A stretch of DNA of 63,757 bases, filler included, from Octopus bimaculoides (taxonomy: Eukaryota): NCBI RefSeq assembly GCF_001194135.2. It is 6 parts of 4 records of this genome, joined end to end, with 100 filler letters (N's around TTAATTAATTAA, not from the genome) between each part and the next. Parts side by side here need not be neighbours in the genome. Positions count along the whole stretch, not along the records: positions 18,519 to 45,888 come from NC_068981.1; 5 more parts are not named here. One strand, given 5' to 3'. Of the stretch, positions 25,594-38,169 are shown in pieces. The position numbers and the translations under genes were made by a program. Under the pieces are notes generated by a model, which was not told the origin of the DNA, did not search any database, and was given only the letters and a program-made list of their open reading frames with translations. How positions within the stretch are numbered: position 1 is the first letter of the stretch; the number at the start of each line of letters is the position of its first letter.

Positions 25594-26165
25594 GTTATTT
25601 CATGTAGAAAATTGTCGTATTTCGGTAATTTCAACCAATCACTGACGTCTATTGAGGTGAAAACAATTACGCCGTGGAATGTAAACAACGGTGTTACGGG
25701 ATTTTTTTCCCTTGAATAAAATTAGCGCCATTGTTTGTCAACAAAAACTATCCGCTGTCAACAACAACTATCAGCGGTATATATTTCGTTTGTCACTGTT
25801 ATTTATGACATCATTCGTGCGTTTGTACTGGTTTTAGCTTTAGGGTTTTAGGCTAAGGGTTCGGGTTTTAGAGTTAGGGTTAGTTTTAGGATTACGGTTA
25901 GGGTTATGATTATTTTTGCCATAACCTTAACTCTAACCCTATAACTCATAACCATAACCATAACCCAAACCCTAACCCTAACCCCAACCCTAACCCTAAA
26001 ACCCGAACCCTAACCCTAAAACCCTAAATTCTTACTAGGGAATAATGATATAATTTAACAGGGAATAACACACTTGACATCGAACAGCACTAACTGTATT
26101 CAGCTTAATAGACGTCAGTGATTGGTTGAAATTACAGAAATACGACAACTTTAACATGAAATAAC
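25594..26165. mobile_element. MITE-like element enclosing head-to-head telomere-like arrays
   Basis: About 65-bp TIRs (gttatttcatgt...tttcaaccaatcactgacgtctatt); degenerate TTAGGG tract 25831-25905 then CCCTAA tract 25921-26028. Confidence 0.85.
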
Positions 26166-26639
26166 TTGCGATGTACAATTTTTTGTTAAGTAGGTTAAGA
26201 GAAGAAGTTGTTTTATATGACACATTCTACCAGTGTCCCAAGTTTGAAAGTGTTTCGTTAAGAAAACAAGTGTTGCCCGTCAAATCATAAAGATCCGGAA
26301 TCTCAAAATAACACACCCGTCAAAGTCATGGCAGCTTTCTAAACACAAGTGTATATTCACTTTCGTTTCATTTTCTGGCACTGCATTCTATAAAAAATAT
26401 CAAATCATTCCGTCCGAAAAGAAAAACAAAAACGAATCTCACCTACGGTCTGCTTCTTGTCCCAATCATGACTGAAACCAGGCATTAAGAATGACATTAA
26501 AAAATATTTATTGCTGAATGGTGTTTGCATATCGTTTCATTTGCTACTCGAAATCTATTATGTTTTTCATATATCATTTATTTACATTATTTACGTTATT
26601 TACATTTGACGGATATTTGTCCTCATCTTGTTAGTTCTT

Positions 26640-26685
26640 AACACCACGTTTCGGCTGATATAACCTCCAGCCTTCATCAGGTGTC
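26640..26685 (-). ncRNA. Minimal type I hammerhead-ribozyme-like motif in a short non-autonomous repeat
   Basis: Minus strand gacac-CTGATGA-a-ggctg(10 nt)cagcc-GAAA-cgt-g-gtgtt: 5-bp stem I, 5-bp stem II, palindromic ACGT stem III; cleavage position is G in this copy. Confidence 0.8.
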
Positions 26686-27189
26686 TTGAGGAAATTTCGA
26701 ACCTGAGTTCTCATTCCTAAGGTATTTTTCGATGTTGTTGTTGTTGTTGTTGTTGTTGTTGCTGTTATTATTATTATTATTATTATTGTTATTATTATTA
26801 TTATTATTATACTAACTCCAAGATTCCGAGTTCGATTCCTGGCAGTGACCTGAATAATAATAATAATAATAATATTTGCGTATCTTGCATAAACGTTCAA
26901 TATGTATTTTATAAATAACTTCTTTAGAGACTGTATGAAGGGAGGGTATTATACTTAGTGCTTCTAATGAGTTATCTCCCTTGCAATATTTATTAACTGC
27001 TAATGAGAAATAAAGGAACTTCACTACAAGTCAAACATCGTTGATTCTTTTATCTATCCTGTCACCATATGGAGTTCATAGATCATATTTCTAGAATGAA
27101 CATATAGTATTATGCGACAGTCAGTACATGAAATTACCGAATCTGAATCCTTTACTTACGTACCCCAGTTTATGATAGTTTAGTTAATG

Positions 27190-27545
27190 GAATATCGTAT
27201 TTGAAATTACTACCTTTTTCATCGACCACAACTGCTTAACCCTCCAAGCTAACCTGTTATATCTGTCGACTTTTCTTTCTTGCTTATCGCATATCTTGTT
27301 GTCAGCTGGGCATGCTGTATCTATGATCCAGCATCGTTTGCTTTCTTTCTCAATTAACACTACGTCTGGTTTCCTATTCTTTATCTCAATGTCGCACTGA
27401 ATCATAAGATCTTGTAGGATCTTTGCATTATCATTTTCGATGATGCCTTCGTGTTTATATTCGTGCCACTTTTATGCTCTGTCAAGTTCATACTTGTTTC
27501 AAAGTATCCAATGGACAATTCTGGACTAGTGGCGTACATTGACTG
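27190..27545 (-). mobile_element. R4/Dong-type LINE 3' remnant (restriction-like endonuclease)
   Basis: SRIVHWIL*NKYELDRA*KWHEYKHEGIIENDNAKILQDLMIQCDIEIKNRKPDVVLIEKESKRCWIIDTACPAD...RYNRLAWRVKQLW (PD...D endonuclease motif). Confidence 0.9.
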
Positions 27546-27574
27546 GTAATATGCCATTATTATTATTATTATTT

Positions 27575-28000
27575 GAGTGAGAGAGCAGTGCATGCCATCA
27601 AAGTGACACTGGGATAAAATATACGAAGCCCATTATACCCATTATGACTACCCGTCTGATAAGGGTACACCAGACACATGCATCACAACCATATGTGCGC
27701 GACATGGTGATATCATATCAAGATAAACAGCGCGTGACCTCGCAAGCGGGGCCCAGTTAGAATTTTTTTCATGTCGAGTAGCCCATCCCGCTCAAAAGGT
27801 CCCTGAATAAGGTTTCTTTAAGGATGTTGAGCAAAACACCCATGTTTCCAGATGTGAATTATTCAAGCCCCAAATTATTCCTCCCAACACATGGCTATGA
27901 TGCTCCCCCACTACTTCTGCTCATGATCAAAGATGCACATATCATCAGCCACCAAGGGCCATGTTCAACTGGTTACGGTCAAGCAACTGACAAGCAAACA
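27575..28000 (-). repeat. Second copy of the 19735-20281 dispersed repeat
   Basis: Reverse-complement alignment over about 420 bp. Confidence 0.85.
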
Positions 28001-28899
28001 TTTATTATTATTATTATGTTTTTTTTTCTTCTTTCTTCAAATTTTCTTCCATTTCTCGCCGAGTGTTTTCCGTACACCTAGGGCAGAGAAACTTTCACCG
28101 CTATGTTATGATCAGAGGGAATACTCATGTCAATTAATAAATACGTCTTCTTTGTCTGATCTTTTATAATAATATCCGGTTTATTAGCTTTTATAGTCTT
28201 GTCGGTGTGTACGGGGAAGTCCCAGAGAATCGATACATTTTCTCCCTCAGTCACAGCTTCAGGATGGTGTTTATACCATTTGTCAGCGGTTTTGATTTTA
28301 TAATGCTGACATATTGTCCAGTATAAATACTGGCCAACTCTGTCATGTCTTGCTTTATATTCTACTTATTATTATTATTATTATTATTATTATTANNNNN
28401 NNNNNNNNNNNNNNNNNNNNNNNNNNNNNNNNNNNNNNNNNNNNNNNNNNNNNNNNNNNNNNNNNNNNNNNNNNNNNNNNNNNNNNNNNNNNNNNNNNNN
28501 NNNNNNNNNNNNNNNNNNNNNNNNNNNNNNNNNNNNNNNNNNNNNNNNNNNNNNNNNNNNNNNNNNNNNNNNNNNNNNNNNNNNNNNNNNNNNNNNNNNN
28601 NNNNNNNNNNNNNNNNNNNNNNNNNNNNNNNNNNNNNNNNNNNNNNNNNNNNNNNNNNNNNNNNNNNNNNNNNNNNNNNNNNNNNNNNNNNNNNNNNNNN
28701 NNNNNNNNNNNNNNNNNNNNNNNNNNNNNNNNNNNNNNNNNNNNNNNNNNNNNNNNNNNNNNNNNNNNNNNNNNNNNNNAAATGATCACAGGTAAATTTA
28801 TTAAAGAAACCTTGGCGGAGGAATTGAATGAAAAAGTTAAGCCTATCATTGACTAACATCTCGTTGTAAGAAACAAATTTGTTTCTACCAAATCTTTTG

Positions 28900-28963
28900 A
28901 TTCTTTTATTTGTTTTTTGTCAAGCGATGGTGGGGGACAAAGACACACACAGACACACACGCG

Positions 28964-28996
<33 letters not shown>

Positions 28997-29162
28997 GACC
29001 GGCTTCTTTCAGTTTCCCTCAACTAAATCAACTCACAAGGCTTTGGTCGGCCCGAGGCTATAGTGGAAGACGCTTGCCCAAGATACCACGCAGTGGGACT
29101 GAACCCGGAACCATGTGGCTGGTACGCAAGCTACTTACCACACAGCCACTCCTGCGCCTATA
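28900..29162 (-). mobile_element. SINE family A
   Basis: Head 28995-29162 nearly identical to 56395-56558; (CA)n centre. Confidence 0.85.
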
Positions 29163-29445
29163 CTTAGATCTGATCTAATGGTCTTTAACACAGGAAAAGT
29201 ATTAGAACACTATAATAGTTTCTGACTCTGACTCACGTACCTAGTTATTATGCCGGATGTTTTCAAATATATCAATTGTTATCTTGTTCTAAGAGCCGGC
29301 AAGCTAATAGCTCATCCCTAACAAATCAGCATGTACATGGGTGAACCGACGAAGGAGATGAAATTACAATGTGACAAGTAGTTGAGCAACTTACTAAAAT
29401 TTATTATTTCCCTTAGATACACTGTTGCTTTGCCTGAAATAATAA

Positions 29446-29759
29446 CGACAAACGTCGGCCTTTCAAAGCCTAGCCAGGCTCATGAGCCCGGTTTCCCGGT
29501 TTCCATGGCGTATGTGTTCCCCCCACCAGCTAGTCGGAACGCCAGTCCATCGCAGCGCTACTCAAGAAACAAAAAGAAAGAGTAAGAGAAAGTTGGGGTG
29601 ACAGAGTACAACAGGGGTCGCCACCACCCCCTGCTGGAGCCTCGTGGAGCTTTGGTGTTTTCGCTCAATAAACACTCACAACGCCCGGTCTGGGAATCGA
29701 AACCGCGATCCTCCGACCGCGAGTCCGCTGCCCTAACAAATGGGCCATTGCGCCTCCAC
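29446..29759 (-). mobile_element. SINE family C (tRNA head, V-domain-like body) with 15-bp TSD
   Basis: Head ggcgcaatggccc..tgttagggcagcggactc...ggtttcgattccc; body ctgcgatggactggcg; TGCCTGAAATAATAA at 29431-29445 and 29760-29774. Confidence 0.9.
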
Positions 29760-30409
29760 TGCCTGAAATAATAATCTATACATATTCGAAAACACTAAAT
29801 ATAATGAATCAAGCAAGCAAACCAGACATCATTCTCTTGTGGAAATGCCTTCCCCTTATTTCTTCATTACTTTCGGCTTTATGTTACCAATCTTATTTAT
29901 TTAATTGAAGAGTAATAAATGGCTGAATAGATTGGGTACCGGAAAAAAAAACTTTATATAATTAAACCATATTAGATTCAGCGTCCAAGGCATTTCCTTC
30001 CAACATCCTAAGGATGATGATATTAATTTAAGACTTAAAAAGTAAATAAAAAAAGTAAACTTTTTAGGGGATCTAACTCCTTATTTAACACTAAACTTAA
30101 TAACTTCCCTTGAATCTTGGTGATGCTGGATAGCCGTTGCTAAAATCGAAAGCATTCTAGTTGTGAGTTTCCCTAATTTTGTTTGAAGTCGTACTATGTG
30201 TGTGTGCGTGTGTTTGTACATATAAATGAATATGTACTTTTTCAATGTGTACAAATAACACGGAAAAATAAATAGATTGTTACCAGGGTAGCAAAAAATT
30301 CACATAAGTACCATAGAAAGGTAGAAATTCCAGTGTTTAGTGAAATGTTTTTGTATAACAGATAAATAAAGAAATGGAGTTAAAGGCACGTGTTATTCAA
30401 ATCTTTATA

Positions 30410-30497
30410 CTTCCGGTATATGTTTCGAAGAAATCATTGGTATTATTCCAGAGAGAATAAGATGATGTAAAACAATGCGATCTTCTCATCAGGAGAA
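30410..30497 (-). ncRNA. Degenerate hammerhead-like motif with long stem II
   Basis: Minus strand CTGATGA (30486-30492), GAAGA/TCTTC stem closing about 50 nt, GAAA (30423-30426); stem III and cleavage site do not fit. Confidence 0.35.
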
Positions 30498-31069
30498 AAA
30501 GAGAAATAAAACACATCAATAAGCCATTTTAACCGAATGTGATAACTGCATATATGACGAAGGGAACGGTGGCAAGTTATTCTTTAAAAAATAACCGTTA
30601 ATAGATTTAACGTCAAATACAATATAGAGCAAGAGAAGGAAGAGAAAGAAAGAAATTAGCAGAAAACCAAGTATGGATAAATGTAGTGCGATAGATGAAT
30701 GGGAGTAAAGCTTAAAGGCGTGGAAATAGATACATTTAGTGGATGAGGGTGGGAGAAAAGTAACCGTAAATCCGAATAGGGTATCACCAAGATTCCACTC
30801 GGGAGTACCCATCTATTATCACCCCCCCTTTTCTCATTTACATGTAGAAATTCATACATACATGTTGAGATACATGGTACTTCAATACATATATGTAGTT
30901 ATATATAATCGTATGAGTGTACATAGATTGATATGTATATACGCATGGGTAAATGCATGTGTGTGTGTACGTGTATGAGTATGTGTTGTGTGAGTATATG
31001 TGTGTGTATGAGTTTGTACATGCATGCACGTATGAGTATGTGTGTAGATATATGTATATATTGTATATA

Positions 31070-31177
31070 AGCGCAGGAGTGGCTGTGTGGTGGGTGGCTT
31101 GCTTAAAAGCCACATGGTTCCAGGTTCAGTTTTACTGCGTGGCTCCTTGGGCAGCTGTCTTCTACTATAACCTCGGG

Positions 31178-31228
<51 letters not shown>

Positions 31229-31410
31229 TACCCCCACCATCGCTCGACAACCGATGTTGGTGTGTTTACATCCCCGTAAATTAGCGGTTCGGCAAAAGAG
31301 ACCGATAGAATAAGTACTAGGCTTACAAAGAATGAGTCTTGAGGTCGATTTGTTCGACTAAAGGTGGTGCTCCAGCATGGCCGCAATCAAATTACCGAAA
31401 CAAAAAAAAT
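31070..31410 (+). mobile_element. SINE family A
   Basis: gcgcaggagtggctgtgtgg head, (TG)n centre, tail ending gcatggccgcaatcaaattaccgaaacaa. Confidence 0.85.
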
Positions 31411-31691
31411 ATGTATGTACGCACAAATATATGCATATGTCTATGTAAATTAAAATTAAAAAAAAGTTTTTGAATTTCAACCGTTGTCTGCGAAAATAGT
31501 GACATACGTGTGCAGAGATGGATAAGCGTATATACCTGTATACTTTAAGATTATACGTATATATGTGAGTGTGCATACGTGTTTATATGATTGTGTGTGC
31601 TTGTACATATGTATAGGTAGGTTTATATTTGCATGTATGTAACTAAGACATTGTACCCATTCACCGTTAAACGGTGGTGAGAGGGACATAT

Positions 31692-31756
<65 letters not shown>

Positions 31757-31766
31757 NNNNNNNNNN

Positions 31767-31836
<70 letters not shown>

Positions 31837-32268
31837 ACCTTCGACAGAGTAACAGTCATATATACAATTTGAACAGACACACATATCAGTACATAAACAT
31901 ATGTTCACATGTACTTTAACATATACACACATACACAGACACGTCTATACACTTACATACCTAAATACTCACATACATACATAAGTACATACATACATAC
32001 ATACGTACGTACATACATACATACATACATACATTCATACATACATTTATATCATGAACTAGCTGTTACTCTCTCAGATGCAGCACAGAATTTTGTCAGT
32101 GAGCAGGTCGCGGTTTCAAAACGACGAAAATTTTTTGACAAATTAAATTTAAATGTTGAAGTGAATCTAACGGCTTTTGTGTGTTTTTGATTGACTTATA
32201 AACACATTTTACGCTGCAATTGCTTTTGTTTCAGCNNNNNNNNNNTTTTTATCATGATAAAAAATGGA

Positions 32269-32342
<74 letters not shown>

Positions 32343-32344
32343 GC

Positions 32345-33605
32345 ATGGATTTTACCTCTGGAGTATTTAAAATCAGGAAGACGCCATTACCAAATAGCCA
32401 TCTAGAAGCATTTCAACAAGAATTATGGACTACTATCAAGAACAACAAACACCAAAAGAAAGTAAAAAATTAACGCATGAGTTTACAAATATAAAAGGAA
32501 TTATTGTTAATTCAGATAAAGCAAAAACATATATAACATAAATATTAACTTATACCATAAATTAATGTATAAAGAAATTATTAAAAAATACAAGATTGTT
32601 CCTATTAGTACCCTTAGAAAGATTAACTTAGAGGCTAAAAAAGTTATAGAAGATTATAATATAGATGATAAAACAGAACCATTAATACTTAATAGACCAC
32701 GGATTACAATGAAGGATAATAAGATTTTCCATACAGATACAGAAGGTTAGATTAATCTATCCTAATAAGTCTGATTTATGTAAACTTAGTAAGATAATTT
32801 TAGATAAATATATACCGATCTTGAAAAATAAGATCAGACTAGAACTATGGTTTAACACCCAGAATACAGTTAAATGGTTCTCAAATACATATAATAAGAA
32901 TAAACAGAAATTCTTACAAATATATATTGACAATTATTACTCTAGTATTAACCCTACTATTTTAAATAGCGTCTTGATATTTGCCAAAAGTTACACATCT
33001 ATCAACATGAAAAAGTTCAAGTAACTTTAACAGCCCGTAAATCAGTTATAAATTTCGATAATTTATGGACAAGAAAGGATACCGCTAACTGTTTCGATAT
33101 TTCTATTGGAGCGCCAGATTCAGCGCAAATAACTGACATAGTTGGAATATATCTATTGGCTAATATATAAGATGAATTCCTAGATCTCAAAGGAAATCTA
33201 TATAGGGATGATGCACTCTTCATAATTAAGAATACATCTAATAGACGCCTAGAACTTATAAAGAAACGGTTTTTAAAATATTTTCAAAGATTTGGACTAT
33301 CTATAACCATAAAAATAGAATATAATTCAATTAACTACTTAGATATGAACTGTAATTTATCATCTGGAATACATGAGCCATATATTAAGCCTAATTCTAA
33401 ATTAAAGTGCATAAATTATCAAAGCAATCATCCACCTTCAATTAGAAAAGCATTAGTATATAATATTAGTAGAGAATTTCATATTTATCTTATAATGAAG
33501 ATATATTTAATAGACATAAAGTCCAATGTAATTTTGGTTTAAGTAAAGTAGGATACATCAATAAAAAACAATATTTTAAAAATAATTATATTATAAATAA
33601 AATTA

Positions 33606-33639
<34 letters not shown>

Positions 33640-33712
33640 CAACAACAGCAACAACAACGACGACGACAACAACAACAACAACAACAACAATAACAACAAC
33701 AACAACAAAAAC

Positions 33713-33772
<60 letters not shown>

Positions 33773-34684
33773 GTTATATTAATATTAATAGTAAAAATCA
33801 TAGATATATAATAATGCTGAATAAACCTAAATGCAATATCTGCTTACAGAATAAAAATAAATATACGACGTTTACTGATATTAATAATAATAATATTAGA
33901 GTATATACTAAAAAGAGCTTACGGCTTTATAGTCCCATATGCCATGCAGATAAAAACTAATTTAGTAGAAGGTATTCATAGGCTAATTAATAATTATTTT
34001 AATACAAATAATAAATATTATGGAATTATTAACAATAATAAAATAAGGACAGGATATAGCTTAACTCATAATTTAGCTACTATTATAGCCTCTATAAATA
34101 ATAAAAAAAATTAGTCTTATTTTATTCAAATAGAAAATGTGCTAATAAATCCCCTAATACCAGGATTAATATAGAAGATAAACAGAGTATCATTAATAAC
34201 AATCGCAACTCAGTACACTGTAAAGCTCCCTCTTCGATTAATATAACTGATAGTTCTTATAAAATATGAGATTGTAAAAATAAAGATAGCTAGAGTTTTA
34301 AAAATTTATGTGAAAAGGACAATGTAGTATATCAATGTAAAGTTACCACAGAAATTAATAAATACATTTATATTGGATCAACTAGAAATGAAATGAAGAA
34401 GCGTTTCTCAACACACTCATATACATTTCGTAACAGGAACAGACAGAAGTCAACGGGTCTAAGTAAATTCATTTGGGAGCTTAAGGTTAAAATATTAATG
34501 TTAATCTAAAACTGGATATTTTGGTTTCTGAACCTAGCTACACTATATGAACTAAGAAGCGCCTTCTTTGTTTGAATGAAAAATTATTTATTTTAACAGC
34601 TACATTTCCCTTACTTAACCCGAGGGATGAAAAAAATTTTGTTGCCTACATAAAAATAAATATGTATTTACTAGATATAAATGA
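32345..34684 (+). mobile_element. Penelope-like element 3, near full-length decayed ORF, Naiad-type
   Basis: IIVNSDKAK, ITMKDNK...RLIYPNKSDL, FDISIGAPDSAQITDIVGIYLL, GNLYRDD, NYLD, PYIKPN...SNHPP (RT); KTNL...GYSLTHN linker; NVVYQCKV...YIGST..KKRF..H..TF, LCLNEK, LNPRDE...CLHKNK (GIY-YIG). Several frameshifts; (AAT/AAC)n at 33600-33770. Confidence 0.9.
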
Positions 34685-35152
34685 TTTTTATAATTCTTAT
34701 AGTTAATATGCTTCTATAATAGATAACTTTAACTATTATTTAACATAAATATACATTTTTATAATTAAAATTAAAATATAGATCTTAAATAATTCGTCTT
34801 TCCCCAAATCATCAATATGAGTATATAGATATAAATATAATGAAGGTGTATGTAGGTCTATATATGTATGTATATGTATATATGCATGTATATACGTGTG
34901 TATTTATGTGTAGGGGTACATGTATCTGTATATTTGTATATTTATTTATATTTGTGTGTAGAGGTATATATCTATATATATATATGCACAAGTGTATATG
35001 CGAGTATATATGTGCATATATATGTGATTATATGTATATATGGGAGTCTATATGTAAGTAAATATGTATGTATATATGTATGTGTGTATCTGTATGTATA
35101 TAAATATATAAATATATATATATATATATGTGAATATGTAGATATATATATG

Positions 35153-35239
<87 letters not shown>

Positions 35240-35262
35240 ATGTATATGTATATATATGTATG

Positions 35263-35296
<34 letters not shown>

Positions 35297-35489
35297 TGTA
35301 TGTATGTATGTATGGGTATTCGTAGCTCTATATGATAAGATAATTATTTTCATTTCCCCACACTCAAAAGAAGAATATCAAATATCATTAATATGTTATC
35401 TTATCCTAATAATATATCAAATATTAATTTTTCAATTTAAATTGTTATTCTTATTTAGTTCGTTTTTCACTTCTGGCGCAATGAATACT

Positions 35490-36327
35490 AAAATAACATT
35501 CTTCCACTGCTTTAGGGGCCAATTCTGTAGGTTTTTACTCCACTCTAAACGCTTTGCAACGTTTGTTTTTGAAAGTAGTGGTTTTCTGATTGCAGCCATC
35601 CCGTTAAATCCAGCTTTGTGCAGCTCCCGTCGAACAGTTTTTGTGGAAATTAGGTTCTCGAGGTGGTCATTAAGCTCTGCAGTAATTTTGAGTGCAGTAC
35701 TTTTGTGATCCTTTCTAACAATTCGTGTAAGAATCCGACGGTCCCTATCTGAAAGTTTTGGTTTTCTTCCGGAGTTTTGTTCCGACGAGGAGGTTTTTCC
35801 CTCTTTCTCAAAGCTGTCATTACTTTCGAGAAAGTACTTCTTGATATGCCAAAACATTTCTACTGTTTTTGTTACGCTAGCGCCTGCCATACGAACACCA
35901 ACAATTTGACTTCTTTGAAAGTCCGANNNNNNNNNNNNNNNNNNNNNNNNNNNNNNNNNNNNNNNNNNNNNNNNNNNNNNNNNNNNNNNNNNNNNNNNNN
36001 NNNNNNNNNNNNNNNNNNNNNNNNNNNNNNNNNNNNNNNNNNNNNNNNNNNNNNNNNNNNNNNNNNNNNNNNNNNNNNNNNNNNNNNNNNNNNNNNNNNN
36101 NNNNNNNNNNNNNNNNNNNNNNNNNNNNNNNNNNNNNNNNNNNNNNNNNNNNNNNNNNNNNNNNNNNNNNNNNNNNNNNNCTGAAAAGAAACAAAATCTT
36201 TTGCAAAACATATTTAGCAATACTTATAATAAATCAAAAGCCATAAAAATAAACAAGCTTTTGACGGTTTTATAGATATTTCAAAATTATGATGCTATGA
36301 TGCTAGGTGTTATGATTATTTTGTCCG
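35490..36327 (-). mobile_element. Tc1-like element, 5' half (paired-like HTH region)
   Basis: SDFQRSQIVGVRMAGASVTKT...SGRKPKLSDRDRRILTRIVRK...STKTVRRELHKAGFNG..AIRKPLL...RLEW...QWKNVI; TIR-like cggacaaaataatcataacacc ends near 36327; N gap inside. Confidence 0.9.
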
Positions 36328-36405
36328 AAATTAACGTCAGCTTAAAATTAACTTATAAATTTCTTTTACTTTGATTTTTTAATCGATATATCAACTAAGT
36401 TTTTA

Positions 36406-36481
<76 letters not shown>

Positions 36482-37269
36482 GGAATTGTGTATGTATGTA
36501 TGATGTAAGTGTAACTGTAGATAAATAAATAAACTTATATATGTGGGTATGTATATGTGTGTGTGTATGCGCGCGTGTGTGTTTGTGTGTATATACATAT
36601 ATACATAAATATATATTTGTATAAGAACGTGTGTATTATACAATACGATATTTTTATAGTACTAGATACTAGTTGTTTTGAATTACGAAATTTCAGTTTA
36701 TTTATTGTTAAGCTCGCTCTTACTATAGCTTTTTAACTGCGTTTATACTTATAGAAAATATTTACTTGCGATTTTCGTGAAATATTTTAAGAAGATATGC
36801 CTGTCTGAAGAAACCTCATTACATTTTTTAAAAAAGTTAATTCTTAATCCTAAACAAAACCTAGTTAATGAAGTAGAAACAGCTGTAACTTGATTTGTCA
36901 TTTGTTTATACAGAAATAATAAAATTGAATTGAAATTATCATTAATTGATTCAATTATTTAATTTACTATTTTGTTTCCATTTCTAATTTATATACATAT
37001 ATGGCAAACTTCGATACTCTCTTAACCCTAGAATGATTAAGAATGTTTTCATTCTCTGCCAGGTCAGAACATCTCGGAAACAGAACAAGAAACTGGCGGA
37101 TCAACGAGTTGTAAAGAATTTACTCCTATTATTTTATGGTGCAAGCATTTTTGAATTAAATCAACATATAAACAACCAGTTCATGGGGAACATATACACC
37201 AAAATACAAACTAGAACACTGAATTTGCTGCAAAGAAATCAAAACTAGTTACAGACTGAGTAGTACATT

Positions 37270-37865
37270 ACTCTAAGCTGTCATTAGTTCTGCCTGCAGA
37301 CGAAAGTTATACTACTATCAAGCATCACAGGTGGAGCCAATTGCATGCATGAGCGAATTCAAAATGCAATGGCATGCAAAAAAAAAAAAAAAATTGGCCG
37401 ACTGTCTCTCACCAGAACATTCCGCTGCAATTCGAGATGGACAGCAGCAATTCGAGATGGACGGTAGCTTCCAGGTAACTTTTACGATATTAGAAGGCAA
37501 AGAATCTACGTGAACACACGGGCTAGTTTTCCATGAGTAGTCAACAAAGAACAAAAAAAAACACTCCTCTAGCACTTAAAATATTGAAGATTATCGATGT
37601 ATTTTATTGGGTGGATAATTGTTATTGAAAAGCAGAAGGGAGGACTTCCTAACTCTCACATATTGATCTGGTGCTGGAAGATAATGTCAGATATTTACAA
37701 AATCATTTCATCCGTGCTACCTAACAAAGATGATGTTCTACAGCTCTTTAAAGCAGACAATAATCTCCTCTGTGGTCCATGTAGAGCTATCAGTCCAGCT
37801 CCACCGTTCTCCATGTAAGATAAAACATGCACCAAAAGATATTCTAGAATATTTATATAGGACTT
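37270..37865 (+). mobile_element. Helitron Rep domain remnant
   Basis: ITGGANCMHERIQNAM (SFTGGPRYM-type), TF.CNSRW, VIEKQKGGLPNSHILIW (VIEFQKRGLPHAHIL-type), KIISSVLP...CGPC...KTCTKRY. Confidence 0.85.
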
Positions 37866-38069
37866 TTGAACCGACAGTTAAGGACACCAACTAGGCCATT
37901 CGTGATAAGTTTAAAGCCAGGAACTTTTCAGCAATCTCTCGCATGTATTATGTGTGAGTGTGTGTCTGTATACACAGAAATATATAAGTATATGTAATAT
38001 ATTTTGTGTTTTTGTGTGCGTACATGTTTGTGTGTGAACTGATGTGCATCACCGACATCTCACACATGT

Positions 38070-38107
<38 letters not shown>

Positions 38108-38169
38108 TCTCTCTCTCTCTCTCTCACTCACGTGTATCCGTTTACTCAGTTTTCTTCTCATATTATACA

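Noticed and set aside
25831-26028. Ancestral telomere fusion site
   Set aside because: The tracts are short, degenerate and enclosed by TIRs; a mobile element is the simpler explanation.
29690-29759. tRNA genes here and at other A/B-box sites
   Set aside because: No complete cloverleaf; each continues into a SINE body.
34680-34730. Possible SECIS after the Naiad-type ORF (ATGA...GAT)
   Set aside because: The helix adjacent to the putative quartet does not pair.
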